DNA of 31,543 nt from an uncultured bacterium (GTDB taxonomy: Bacteria; AUK180). Where the stretch lies: assembly GCA_937863565.1 (NCBI GenBank), contig CALMGJ010000036.1:1-31543 (forward strand), read 5' to 3'. How positions within the stretch are numbered: the stretch's first letter is position 1; each line of letters starts with the position of its first letter. Below the pieces are notes generated by a model. It was given only the letters and a program-made list of their open reading frames with translations. It did no database searches and was not told the origin of the DNA. Position numbers and translations under genes: made by a program. Below are positions 7,014 through 16,447 of this stretch, piece by piece.

Positions 7014-8540
7014 TTATTCCTGCTTCAGCGTGACTTTAATGTTCTTCTGCTCAATGCTTTTTTTGACCTCTTTGGCCTTCTTCTCGTCCTCGAATGTGAA
7101 GGTTGCCTTGTATTTATCCCCGGCCTGTATGAAAGTGCCGTTATTTTCGCTTATGATATTCTCGATGGCCATCAGTTCCTCATCACCGAGCGGTTCCGTT
7201 TCGAGTACTGTCTTTTTGGAGACGATAGAAAGGATCGAATCTACCTTCTCGTCCTTATCGGTTTTCATAAGATCATCAAGGTCCATGTCCCCAACATCCT
7301 TCACGGGTTCTTTTTTATCAGGTTTATCCTTCTCGCCGTTGTTCTTCTCTATCTTAGAAGGGGGGAACTTCACGAATTTTTTTATGACTGCGAAACCTCC
7401 TCCGGCAACGGCAAGGATGATCACTATCGCGATGAAGGGTGAAGTTTTCTTTTTCTTGGGAGGCACCACTTTTTCAGGTTCCGGCACTTCTGTCAGCGTC
7501 TTCTCTTCGGTCGCTTTCAATTCCTCCTCATCCCTGTGCTGCTTGAGAAGCTCTTCAAAGGTCTTTACCGGGGGTGTTTTCGGGGGAATATAATCAGGAT
7601 CGAAGGGCGTCTCCTTTTTTACCGGCGGAGCGGCGGGGACGGGGGCAGGAGTTTTTTTCTGGCCTTCAAGGGTTATCTCAACTGGCGGAGCGGCTTTCTT
7701 CTCTTGAACGGGAGGAGCTGCAGGGCCAGGAGGCGGTTCCTTTTTTTCCGCGGCGGCCTGTGCTGACTTTTTCTCCTGCACCTCTTTAGGTGCGGACGTT
7801 TTGACGGATTTTTCCTTTTCCTTCCCCTTCTCTTCTTTCTCTTTCTTTTTTGCCGACAATTCTTCGGCCATACCGTCTAAGATCTCGTCCTTCTCCTCAC
7901 CGGGTACTACTTCAGTACTCTGGGGTATGATATCGCTTTCAACGCGTGTCTCGAACACTTGGTTAGCACCTTCTTCGATAAGAATGCCCCAGGATGAGGT
8001 CATGTTCTCCGGGGGAGGAGGAATATCCTTCTTTCCTGTTTGCACCGGTGTCGGGGCGATCTCTGTCTCTGTATCCTCTTCCGCGGCAAGGTCACCTTCG
8101 ATGCCGGCCTCTAATTCCTTTTTCTTCGCTTCCTCGTCGAATTCCGTTTCCGTGTCTTCATTCGTTTCGAATTCCGAAGGTTTTTCATATGGAGTTGTAG
8201 CTACGGAAGCGTCCTTTGAAGCCTCTCCCTCGATAAGATCTATCCAGTCGCTTTCCGCCGCGATCTTGCCTTGAACAATGGCATTGCTTTTCATTTCACA
8301 GGGCATATTCCCGGAAACGGGCACTTCGAGCGGAATGATGAATTCATTTATCTTGCCGGCACCGATGAAAAGGTCGAAATCCTGTGTCAGGAGCTCCTGG
8401 CCGCCCTTTTCCCGTATGATGATACTAAGTGTCACATCCTCGCCTTTTTTATCGTTATTTTCCAGAGTAATGCCGACTTTATCTATTTCGAGTATCTGAT
8501 CATTTGAGTAAATAGGGTTTATGCCTGCTATCTTTAACAT
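7014..8540 (-). CDS. Hypothetical bitopic membrane protein: beta-rich N-domain, long acidic/Pro-rich linker, one TM helix, small C-terminal alpha/beta domain
   Basis: 508 aa. TM segment SPFIAIVIILAVAGGGFAVI is preceded by KKKK (N-in). E/K/P-rich low-complexity middle region. Confidence 0.8.
   Translation of the reverse strand: MLKIAGINPIYSNDQILEIDKVGITLENNDKKGEDVTLSIIIREKGGQELLTQDFDLFIGAGKINEFIIPLEVPVSGNMPCEMKSNAIVQGKIAAESDWIDLIEGEASKDASVATTPYEKPSEFETNEDTETEFDEEAKKKELEAGIEGDLAAEEDTETEIAPTPVQTGKKDIPPPPENMTSSWGILIEEGANQVFETRVESDIIPQSTEVVPGEEKDEILDGMAEELSAKKKEKEEKGKEKEKSVKTSAPKEVQEKKSAQAAAEKKEPPPGPAAPPVQEKKAAPPVEITLEGQKKTPAPVPAAPPVKKETPFDPDYIPPKTPPVKTFEELLKQHRDEEELKATEEKTLTEVPEPEKVVPPKKKKTSPFIAIVIILAVAGGGFAVIKKFVKFPPSKIEKNNGEKDKPDKKEPVKDVGDMDLDDLMKTDKDEKVDSILSIVSKKTVLETEPLGDEELMAIENIISENNGTFIQAGDKYKATFTFEDEKKAKEVKKSIEQKNIKVTLKQE
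7618..8162 (-). repeat. Degenerate peptide repeats in the linker (AAPPV x3, QEKK x2, EDTETE x2)
   Basis: Seen in the translation; DNA copies such as accggcggagcggc (7621) and actggcggagcggc (7681). Confidence 0.6.
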
Positions 8541-8575
8541 ACTGTTTATTATAACAAAAATGCAGTAATTTACAA
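8541..8575 (-). promoter_or_regulatory. Putative sigma70 promoter, leaderless, for the 508-aa gene
   Basis: TTGTAA (8575-8570), 16 nt ending TGt, TATAAT (8553-8548), 7 nt, ATG (8540). No SD. Confidence 0.68.
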
Positions 8576-8579
8576 GATT

Positions 8580-10352
8580 TTAATACATAAAGTCGCGAAT
8601 GCTGTCTAGATTATCCTTGAATTTCCGCTCTATGTATTCTTTTACTTCTTCGGGGCTGTTGATCTTCTTGATCTTCTCGTAATGTGCCGCAATCGGGCCG
8701 AATTCGATTGTTGAGAAGAGTTTTTTAATAACGGGGATCTTCCATGGCACCATCGAAAAATGCCTGTAGCCGAGGATGAGAAGCAGTATCGCTTCCCTGG
8801 GCTTGCCGGCCATCTCTCCGCATACGGCCAATTCCCTCTTGGAATCCTTCAGAAGAACGGTGATATATTTCAAAAGCCTTATTATTGAAGGATCGAAGGC
8901 ATCATACAGGTATTGGACCTTCTCATTCCCTCTGTCCACGGCAAGCGTGTATTGAATGAGGTCATTAGTCCCTACCGAGAAGAAATCAACATAGTCTACG
9001 AACTTGTCGGCAGTAAGCGCCGCTGACGGTATCTCGATCATTATCCCGATCTTATATGGTTTCAGCGCGGTCCCCTCGCTTTTCAATTCTTCCTCTATCT
9101 CCCGTAATTTCTCCCGGAGGATCACTATCTCGTCCACATTCGTGACCATTGGGAAAAGGATCCTCAGATTCCCGTGTTTATTCGCTTTGAGTATCGCCCT
9201 TAACTGCGGTCTCAGATATTCCATATTGGACAGTTGGAAACGGATAGCACGCCAGCCCAAAAAGGGATTATTCTCCGCTATCTCCTCAATTTTATTGATC
9301 ATTTTATCACCGCCCACGTCGAATGTGCGTATAGTGATCCCGCATTTATCGCATACGGACATGATCTTGGAATAAGCCGAATGCTGTTTTTTCTCATTTG
9401 GGAAGCTCTGGGAATAATCCAGGAGGAATTCCGTCCGGAAAAGACCGATGCCGGTCGCAGCGTATTTTTTCACCAAGGGAAGTTCCTCTATTATCTCCAG
9501 GTTGGCTTCGAGGAAAAAAGGTTGTTTATCCTTAGATCTATTGGGCATCTCGATATAGCTTTCCAGGATACTGAGTTTTTTTCTGTACGTTTCAGCTTCC
9601 TGTTCGTACAACTTCACTATTTTCGGGGAAGGATTGATGATGCATATGCCCCGGATTCCGTCAATGATAAGGTCGTCATTATTCTTTATCTCATTGTGGC
9701 AATTCGTTATATGCCCCACAGCGGGGATCCCCAATGAGCGCGCGACTATGGCCGCATGGGACGTATACCCTCCCCCGGCCGTCACGAAGCCGAGTAATTT
9801 GGTCTTGTCGATCTGCGCCAGTTCGGAAAGCGTGATAAATTCCGAGATGATAATCCTTTCTTCCTTTATAACGTTCTGCTCCGAGACCGCCGTGCTTAAT
9901 TCCTCAATGATGAGATTCGCTATCTCGTCGATATCGTTAACACGCTCCAAAAGGTACGGATCATTTATCTTGGATAGTTTGTATTTCCAATCGAGAGCGG
10001 TAACCTTTACGGAATATTCCGTATTCACCCGCTTGGATTTGATATTATCCGTGATCTCGCTGATGAAGAGCGGGTCGCTCAGCACGGCATAATGGGCGTC
10101 AAATATCTTGAGCGAATCCGGATCGATCTTTTCTCCGATCTTGTCGCGCATGGAAAGAAGTTTCTTTTTCGCTTTATCCAGGGCGATGAACAGCCGGCTC
10201 ACTTCATTCTCTATATCCTCGTAGTTGATCTTAGTGGCGTAATCGATGCTTTCCGATTTAAAGAAGATGTAGGCCTTCCCCTTTACGATGCCCTGCGAAA
10301 TGCCGATCCCCTTCAAATAACGTTCGTTCTTGAGATACTTGTCTATGTTCAT
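8580..10352 (-). CDS. ptsI: PTS enzyme I (PEP-protein phosphotransferase)
   Basis: Phospho-His motif GGYTSHAAIVARSLGIPAV, GIGLFRTEF, ENNPFLGWRAIR, DFFSVGTNDLIQY, VCGEMAG. No GAF domain, so not PtsP. Confidence 0.97.
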   Translation of the reverse strand: MNIDKYLKNERYLKGIGISQGIVKGKAYIFFKSESIDYATKINYEDIENEVSRLFIALDKAKKKLLSMRDKIGEKIDPDSLKIFDAHYAVLSDPLFISEITDNIKSKRVNTEYSVKVTALDWKYKLSKINDPYLLERVNDIDEIANLIIEELSTAVSEQNVIKEERIIISEFITLSELAQIDKTKLLGFVTAGGGYTSHAAIVARSLGIPAVGHITNCHNEIKNNDDLIIDGIRGICIINPSPKIVKLYEQEAETYRKKLSILESYIEMPNRSKDKQPFFLEANLEIIEELPLVKKYAATGIGLFRTEFLLDYSQSFPNEKKQHSAYSKIMSVCDKCGITIRTFDVGGDKMINKIEEIAENNPFLGWRAIRFQLSNMEYLRPQLRAILKANKHGNLRILFPMVTNVDEIVILREKLREIEEELKSEGTALKPYKIGIMIEIPSAALTADKFVDYVDFFSVGTNDLIQYTLAVDRGNEKVQYLYDAFDPSIIRLLKYITVLLKDSKRELAVCGEMAGKPREAILLLILGYRHFSMVPWKIPVIKKLFSTIEFGPIAAHYEKIKKINSPEEVKEYIERKFKDNLDSIRDFMY

Positions 10353-10355
10353 TCG

Positions 10356-10613
10356 CTATTCCTCTTTATTAAAAAATTCCTGAAGGTTTCGTATAAAATC
10401 GTCCTCTCCTTCGCCTGTGCAGCGTATTATCACTTCATCCTCATAATCGATGCCGAGCGTCAAAAGGCCCAGAATGGATTTTGCGTTCACCTCCACATCA
10501 CCCTTGGCCAGATACACTTCCCCTTTGAAGCAGGCTGTGATCTTGATGAATTCTGTGGCAGGTCTCAGATGAAGACCGTGTTTATTCTTTACGGTGAATT
10601 TTTTTTCTAACAT
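10356..10613 (-). CDS. ptsH: Phosphocarrier protein HPr
   Basis: GLHLRPA (His15) and NAKSILGLL (Ser46). Confidence 0.96.
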   Translation of the reverse strand: MLEKKFTVKNKHGLHLRPATEFIKITACFKGEVYLAKGDVEVNAKSILGLLTLGIDYEDEVIIRCTGEGEDDFIRNLQEFFNKEE

Positions 10614-10614
10614 C

Positions 10615-11379
10615 TCAATACCCCTTGAATATGAATATCAGCGCAGCGGCTGCGATCTTTATCAGATAACCGGAATGCTTTCCCCTGAAGTACTTTTCGG
10701 AAAATATATCGCATGCAAAAAAGATGAGGAAGAAGAGAGCATACTCCGCTGCAGGGAAATTACAGATCTTGACCGTTTCAAGAATGAGGAATCCCAAGGT
10801 CAGCATAAAAAGGAGATAGCTGAAAAAACTTGCCGTCCTTTCGAAAAAAAAGAACTTCTTTGTGAAGTACATCGTTATATCTCCGCTTTTATAGGCTTCG
10901 TCGAAACCCGTGAAGCGGTGTCTGAAATGGAAAACATTGAAGAATATCAAAGAGATCAGCGCAGCTGCGATGATGAGGACGGGCATTCTGAAAAAGAGCA
11001 TTATACAAACAGAGGTGAATCCGATCAGGACATTCCTCAAAGTGAACCAGAAGAATGAATCCCCGATCGAGGCCAGAGGCGACATGAGGTTGTTGCGAAA
11101 GTTCACTATCTTCTCTTCGGGGTCGCCGTTTTGGAGCATGCGTGCATGTACGCCCGCGATATATGATGCCATGTAAGGATGGGTGTTGAAATAAGCCCCC
11201 TCTTCCTTCATTCTTTCCGCAATGATGTCCTTATCGAAAAGTTTCTCATAAACTGGAAGGAGCGCGTAGATATAGCCGTACAGCTGCATATACTTATAAC
11301 TCCAGAGATTCTGTACCGTAAGCATCCTTCTTTTCACCTTCTCGAGCGTTCTGTCTTTCAGGATCCTTTTAAGAGGCAT
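10615..11379 (-). CDS. PTS mannose/fructose/sorbose family IID
   Basis: QNLWSYKYMQ, FNTHPY, LMSPLASIGDSFFW. Start moved to ATG 11379, which overlaps the IIC stop. Confidence 0.88.
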   Translation of the reverse strand: MPLKRILKDRTLEKVKRRMLTVQNLWSYKYMQLYGYIYALLPVYEKLFDKDIIAERMKEEGAYFNTHPYMASYIAGVHARMLQNGDPEEKIVNFRNNLMSPLASIGDSFFWFTLRNVLIGFTSVCIMLFFRMPVLIIAAALISLIFFNVFHFRHRFTGFDEAYKSGDITMYFTKKFFFFERTASFFSYLLFMLTLGFLILETVKICNFPAAEYALFFLIFFACDIFSEKYFRGKHSGYLIKIAAAALIFIFKGY

Positions 11380-12175
11380 ATTTGCTTTTCCTGTCCTGAT
11401 AGTAATAAACGAATACAAGCAGGGCCGAGAGAAGGGCCCATAATTTCCCGAAAGCCGCAAGTCCTGTAATCACGGTAATGAACGATACTTGAAGGATCGG
11501 GGTCCTGGCTTTCCCAAGCCTCAGCATGATATCCAAAGCAAATCTGGAAAGAGCGCCGATCACCAGAAGTACGCAGAAAGTGTTTACACGCGGTAAGTCC
11601 GCTATCTTCAGAAAAAAGATGATGAGCATGACCGATGCCGGAGCGTAAACGATCATCTGGAGGAATTGTTTGAAGAACAGAAATACGTACCCCCAGAAAC
11701 TGATCCCGGAAAATTTCTTAATATCGCCTGCACGGAGTTTGCTTCCGGCATATTCAACAATAAAGGAGTTCGTTTTCCTCATGACCATGTCGAAATATAT
11801 GCCCAAATAAGAGAAGAGCAGGGAAATGAGGAAGAGAAGAACGAATATCGCAGCCCAATTGCCGGCGGTGATCGCCGTGCGCGAGCGCGCCAGGAATAGC
11901 ACATTGCTTAAGAATACCGATCCGCCTATTATGGAATCGGGTACATAGGTGCTTCCGATCGGAAGTGAAAAGAGAAAGAACAATTCAAGGAATATCGCGC
12001 CGGCCAGAGCAATTACCATCTGTTGCATGCCAAGAGCCGGTTCGAGAAGGGACGCCGTTATCACTGCGGCAGGCAGGAAAATGATCGGTCTTGACAGCAT
12101 GAACTGCCCGAAAAAAAGGTTCTCAAGTCCCAGGAGGCCGGCAAGCAAGGCAAGAATAAGGATCAAACCCGGCAT
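11369..12175 (-). CDS. PTS mannose/fructose/sorbose family IIC (divergent)
   Basis: Hydrophobic, with GQFMLSRPII and LELFFLFSLPIGSTYVPD; adjacent to IID. Confidence 0.82.
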   Translation of the reverse strand: MPGLILILALLAGLLGLENLFFGQFMLSRPIIFLPAAVITASLLEPALGMQQMVIALAGAIFLELFFLFSLPIGSTYVPDSIIGGSVFLSNVLFLARSRTAITAGNWAAIFVLLFLISLLFSYLGIYFDMVMRKTNSFIVEYAGSKLRAGDIKKFSGISFWGYVFLFFKQFLQMIVYAPASVMLIIFFLKIADLPRVNTFCVLLVIGALSRFALDIMLRLGKARTPILQVSFITVITGLAAFGKLWALLSALLVFVYYYQDRKSKYAS

Positions 12176-14070
12176 AACCTGACGCTGTAATCGAGTTTTT
12201 CCCCGGCAATGATATTCACGCTCACTCCCTGGAAGACCTCCTCCACGCCGGAGTCGGAGTTCGAAACGGTTTTCACGGGATAGAACATCACTTTTTCCTT
12301 TTTATTGAAGGTGAACAATGCCTTTATGCCGAACGGCACATCGACGATCTCGAAGATATCGGTATCAAAGGTAAAGATTCCGGAAGCGGGTATATTCCCT
12401 CCGGCAGACCGGATCTCCTCCTTTTCTGAAGAAAGAGCGATATTCCACTGCTGGATGATCTTTTCTTTGAATTCGCCTGAGATCCTCAGCGTATCGCCGT
12501 CTACGCGTACGGTTTTGCAGAGCCTGTCCTTCAGAATGAACGAATGGTCATACTGGCTCTTTTTATAAGAATATTTTTCCTTTGAAAGGCATGTCACACC
12601 TTCAAGCCTATGAAGCCCTTCGGGCGTAGGCTCTTTATCGGCGGCGAAATCGATGAATGAATCCCTCTCGAAGCCGTCATAGATAAGCTCGACAGCACCG
12701 TCCTTAAGATAGAACCCGCTGTGAATGGTCTTGACTCCCGAATTATCGTTCATATCGACTTTATCGTGGTAGAACTCGCGTTTTCGGCTCATTACGCTCT
12801 GCATGTTCCTGGATACAGCGTAGTTGTCGAGTTCGTATATCTGCCCGTTATTGAAGTTCAGGTAAACTGCCAGAAAATCGTTTTTTATGAGCACATCCTC
12901 CCTGTCGGAGAACAGATGCCTTATATGCCCGGATACCTTCGCATTGTATTTCTTCTCCTGTTTTATAAGATGTTCGAAGATGGCATGCCTGAGATGCGGA
13001 AGATAGACTCCGCCGAAGATCCCGTGCCAGTAAGCACAGTTGCACTGACCCATAAAAAGCGAAGTTTTATCTTCTATCCCTCTTGCGAAAACATTCGAGC
13101 TCACTTCGAGCATCCTTTTGGTCTGTATATTGATCTCCGGATATTTCACTGAGAAATTCTTCCAAAAGCCCCCTTTCACCAGCAGGCCTTCCCTTTCGCT
13201 CAGTTTGCCTTTTAGAGAGGCTACTTCCGACTGGGCCTCGGGACTTAAAGCCCACTCCATCATTTCGGGATATGAGCATGCGGGAATGAATATCCTTCCG
13301 TTCGAAGGTTCTTTTAAAGCGTCTTCGAAGAAAATGGTCTGAATGCGGGATTCACCTGATATCGCGGTGAAAAGGTCTCTGAGCCATCCTTTCTCGTGGA
13401 CAAGTTCATGGGTTCCCGGCCACAGGCCGAATTTCTCTCCGTCATCTGCCATCGTGATCACCTTGCCATCATTTGAAAGGATGAAGTCCATCACTTCTTT
13501 AACCGTGTGATAAGGCATATAGTATCTCAGTTTTTTGCTGATGGGGAAAACATACAGCGGATCCTCTTCATTTTCAGTGATATAATGGCCGGAGAGATTC
13601 TCATCCGTAAGGCCGGCATATTGGAAATGATACTCGTCCAGCGGAACGATCTTGACCGACGCGGCAGCCAGGATCGAAGGGAAATGAGGTTCCCATACTC
13701 TTTCGGCAAGCCAGAATGATTGGCTGACGGAACCGAATATACTTTGGAGTTTTTCCCTGAACGAGTTGATCTGCTCCACAGCATCACGTCGCGGGATATT
13801 GCTCAGGATCGGCTCGTAGTACGCGCCTTGCATGATCTTCACTTGCCCGCGCGCGACCATAGAGGTCATCTTTTCAATATATTCAGGATGCTTCGAGATC
13901 AAATACTCCAGAAGAAATCCGCTGTGATGCAGCGTTGCCTTGACCGAAGGGAATTCGCTCAGAACATCCAGAAGGGGTTTGTAGCTTTTCTCGTAGGCAA
14001 GATCGAGCACAAATTCGAAATTACCCACAGGCTGGTGATTATGAAAACAAAGAATTATTTTAGCGCTCAT
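12163..14070 (-). CDS. GH57 4-alpha-glucanotransferase / alpha-amylase
   Basis: GH57 conserved regions HNHQP, YYEPIL, WLAERVW (nucleophile Glu), ADDGEKFG (acid/base Asp) and QCNCAYWHG, plus a C-terminal beta-rich domain. No signal peptide. Confidence 0.93.
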   Translation of the reverse strand: MSAKIILCFHNHQPVGNFEFVLDLAYEKSYKPLLDVLSEFPSVKATLHHSGFLLEYLISKHPEYIEKMTSMVARGQVKIMQGAYYEPILSNIPRRDAVEQINSFREKLQSIFGSVSQSFWLAERVWEPHFPSILAAASVKIVPLDEYHFQYAGLTDENLSGHYITENEEDPLYVFPISKKLRYYMPYHTVKEVMDFILSNDGKVITMADDGEKFGLWPGTHELVHEKGWLRDLFTAISGESRIQTIFFEDALKEPSNGRIFIPACSYPEMMEWALSPEAQSEVASLKGKLSEREGLLVKGGFWKNFSVKYPEINIQTKRMLEVSSNVFARGIEDKTSLFMGQCNCAYWHGIFGGVYLPHLRHAIFEHLIKQEKKYNAKVSGHIRHLFSDREDVLIKNDFLAVYLNFNNGQIYELDNYAVSRNMQSVMSRKREFYHDKVDMNDNSGVKTIHSGFYLKDGAVELIYDGFERDSFIDFAADKEPTPEGLHRLEGVTCLSKEKYSYKKSQYDHSFILKDRLCKTVRVDGDTLRISGEFKEKIIQQWNIALSSEKEEIRSAGGNIPASGIFTFDTDIFEIVDVPFGIKALFTFNKKEKVMFYPVKTVSNSDSGVEEVFQGVSVNIIAGEKLDYSVRLCRV

Positions 14071-14566
14071 CGCACTCCCCGAATTTCTCTAAAAAAGGTC
14101 TATCTATGATCACTTCCTTTGAATTGCATACCGCGCGGGCGACTACCCTGATCCCCTTGCAGAGGAGTTTCTTGATGTCGTTCATCTCGGAAGCCGATAA
14201 AAAAAGCCACGGAAGTATCTCTTTTTTAGATTCACAGTAATGAATACCTCCCAGATTAATATATTCCGGGATAACACCGCAATCAGAAACGATAGAGACC
14301 GCTGTCTCGATATTCCTGACAAGAAGGAGGGAATTCTCCAGCTTGATCTTTTGACATTCTCTGGCGAACATTTCCTTTGAAAGAATGTGAAGCTCCACCT
14401 TGGGAGGCATTGATGTTTCCCATAATCTGCAGGAAAGCGGATCGCCGGAACATGCATCATCAACGAGGTATATCTTTTCCAGGGCAAGAGGTTTGACCCA
14501 GCCGAGAGTGACCTGGCCGTGGATCAGACGATCATCTATCCTGAAGATAAAATTCTCTGATCCCAT
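14060..14566 (-). CDS. PTS mannose/sorbose family IIB
   Basis: RIDDRLIHGQVTLGW (phospho-His) and INLGGIH. Confidence 0.94.
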   Translation of the reverse strand: MGSENFIFRIDDRLIHGQVTLGWVKPLALEKIYLVDDACSGDPLSCRLWETSMPPKVELHILSKEMFARECQKIKLENSLLLVRNIETAVSIVSDCGVIPEYINLGGIHYCESKKEILPWLFLSASEMNDIKKLLCKGIRVVARAVCNSKEVIIDRPFLEKFGECDER

Positions 14567-14930
14567 TTTTCCCAGACCTTATCAATGCCTCTGTGAGCTC
14601 TTCCGGGCTCTTGAAGCTGTCGAAACGTATCAACTCGGCTATCATCGGGACATTGATGCCCGATATGCTGTAACCTTTTCCGATCTCCGTTATCACGCGC
14701 TTGGCGCAATTATCCGGTGTGCCTCCCGGAATATCGGTGATGAAAAGAGGCGTGCAGCCTGAAGAGATACTAAGCAGTCTTTTACGGTAATCATCCGCGC
14801 TTTCATTCTCATTCAAAGGAACGGACTCGGGTCGGATCACGGACAGATCTGCTCCGAGATACTCCAACAGGGCTTTAAAAGCATTGCATAGAGTTCCATG
14901 TGTCAGAAAGAAGATTTTCAGATCATTCAT
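14532..14930 (-). CDS. PTS mannose/fructose family IIA
   Basis: FFLTHG (phospho-His), ITDIPGGTP, SGINVPMI. Confidence 0.92.
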   Translation of the reverse strand: MNDLKIFFLTHGTLCNAFKALLEYLGADLSVIRPESVPLNENESADDYRKRLLSISSGCTPLFITDIPGGTPDNCAKRVITEIGKGYSISGINVPMIAELIRFDSFKSPEELTEALIRSGKNGIREFYLQDR

Positions 14931-15936
14931 TGTCTATGATGAAATCCAGCTTATCGATGAACGCATCCCCCTTCTCCCTTTTCCCTGAGGATTCTGCGAT
15001 CTTACGGTTGATCGTGGCCACTGGATTTTCCCCCATAATATTCGCAATATGGGAAAGTGCGATGACCTCCACGATATTTGCGAGATTCTTGGAGTATGTT
15101 ACCGGTATAGTGTATTTCGGGATCTCCACATTGAAGATGTTCTCGAAAGACGGTTCCAGGCGCAGACGGTCAAAGGTCTTGAAGTCGATCATATCCCCTT
15201 TAACGAGTTCAACGATCACTTCAACCCTCTTTTTCATCCGGATCGATTTGATCCCGAACAGGTTCCTGATATCGATAAGACCGACGCCGCGGGCTTCAAC
15301 ATGGAACGAGAAATGAGATGTACGGCCGTATCCTATGATAAAATCCTCCTGCTTATGAAGGATCACAAGGTCGTCCGAGATCAGCCTGTGCCTTTTATCG
15401 AGAAGGTCCAGCGCGACTTCACTCTTTCCGATCCCGCTCTCCCCCCTTATCAGAAGTCCCACGCCGAAGATATCCATTAAAACGCCGTGTACCGATTTTT
15501 TTTCGGCAAAGAAAAAATTCAGATACCTTTCTATTTTCGATGAGACATCCTTCCTGGAGATCGGAGTGAAGAGAACGGGGAAATTGTACTTCTCGAAAAG
15601 GCGGATCTCCGGTCTTTCAGGTTTTTTGCCGCAGAAAATGAAAACCGGGATCTTAAGATGCTGCACGGACATAAGGAGTTTTTTCTTCAGTTCGCGGTTC
15701 AACTGATGGTAATAGGACCTCGGGGAATTATCGATCACGTATAGTTGTCCCGGCTGATGGTTCTTGAAGTACCCCAGAAAAAGAAGTCCGGGCTGTCCCG
15801 GTTCCGCTGTTTTTATCTTTCTTGCTTCGAGCCGTTTCAGGGAAGTGAGGAGATCGAACTGCAGATAACCCTGCAGATCCTTTATGAACGTTCCGAGGTT
15901 GAGCGTTTTATTTGTTCTTTTTGATGTATAATCCAT
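14923..15936 (-). CDS. hprK: HPr(Ser) kinase/phosphorylase
   Basis: VHGVLMDIFGVGLLIRGESGIGKSEVALDL (Walker A), LISDD, EARGVGLIDIRNLFG, NLANIVEV. Confidence 0.95.
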   Translation of the reverse strand: MDYTSKRTNKTLNLGTFIKDLQGYLQFDLLTSLKRLEARKIKTAEPGQPGLLFLGYFKNHQPGQLYVIDNSPRSYYHQLNRELKKKLLMSVQHLKIPVFIFCGKKPERPEIRLFEKYNFPVLFTPISRKDVSSKIERYLNFFFAEKKSVHGVLMDIFGVGLLIRGESGIGKSEVALDLLDKRHRLISDDLVILHKQEDFIIGYGRTSHFSFHVEARGVGLIDIRNLFGIKSIRMKKRVEVIVELVKGDMIDFKTFDRLRLEPSFENIFNVEIPKYTIPVTYSKNLANIVEVIALSHIANIMGENPVATINRKIAESSGKREKGDAFIDKLDFIIDNE

Positions 15937-16426
15937 AATTACCGTCTTTTCTTTTAAAAATAACGTTCACTTCCCCTCTTTCGTCATTAATGAATGGATA
16001 GAAATCATGATCGCTGTCCTCGAGCGCCATAATGGCCTCCTGAAGCGAAATGGGTTTGATGTTTATGTGGTAGACATAGTAGCTTGTGTCGGCGGCCTCG
16101 GAATAGGCCTCTTCAAACTCCTTCTTTATCGAAGATTTCGATTTCCTCACTTTTGTCATTTCCTTGTTCTTCACTATCTGCCTTTCAAGTTTGTCAAGTA
16201 TCTTGTCGAACAATTCGTAAGGATCATCCCCGAGTTCTTTTATGTGGAAGGTCTTCCTTCCCTCTATCAAAGAAAGATCCATAGTGTACGAACTCCCGTG
16301 ATGATCGATATTGATATGCACAGCGGCAGGCTCATAAACAAGTCGCGCGAGCTTATCGAGCTTTTTCTCGATGTAGTTCTGCATGTTGTTCGTGATGTTG
16401 ATGTTGCCTACGAGCTTAATCTCCAT
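15908..16426 (-). CDS. hpf: Ribosome hibernation promoting factor, long form
   Basis: NINITNNMQNYIEKKLDKL, DKLERQIVKNKE and C-domain KPISLQEAIMAL...VIFKRKDGNYGL. SD GGAGG; directly after rpoN. Confidence 0.92.
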   Translation of the reverse strand: MEIKLVGNINITNNMQNYIEKKLDKLARLVYEPAAVHINIDHHGSSYTMDLSLIEGRKTFHIKELGDDPYELFDKILDKLERQIVKNKEMTKVRKSKSSIKKEFEEAYSEAADTSYYVYHINIKPISLQEAIMALEDSDHDFYPFINDERGEVNVIFKRKDGNYGLYIKKNK

Positions 16427-16447
16427 ATTTGCCTCCTGACTTATTGT

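Noticed and set aside
7600..8170. Repeats as a CRISPR array or tandem DNA repeat
   Set aside because: Short, irregularly spaced and synonymous-diverged; explained by low-complexity protein sequence.
8745..8762. TGGCAC as a sigma54 -24 box
   Set aside because: No TTGC at -12, and it lies antisense inside ptsI.
11380..11460. N-terminal extension of IID
   Set aside because: It lies inside IIC; ATG 11379 gives a normal coupled start.
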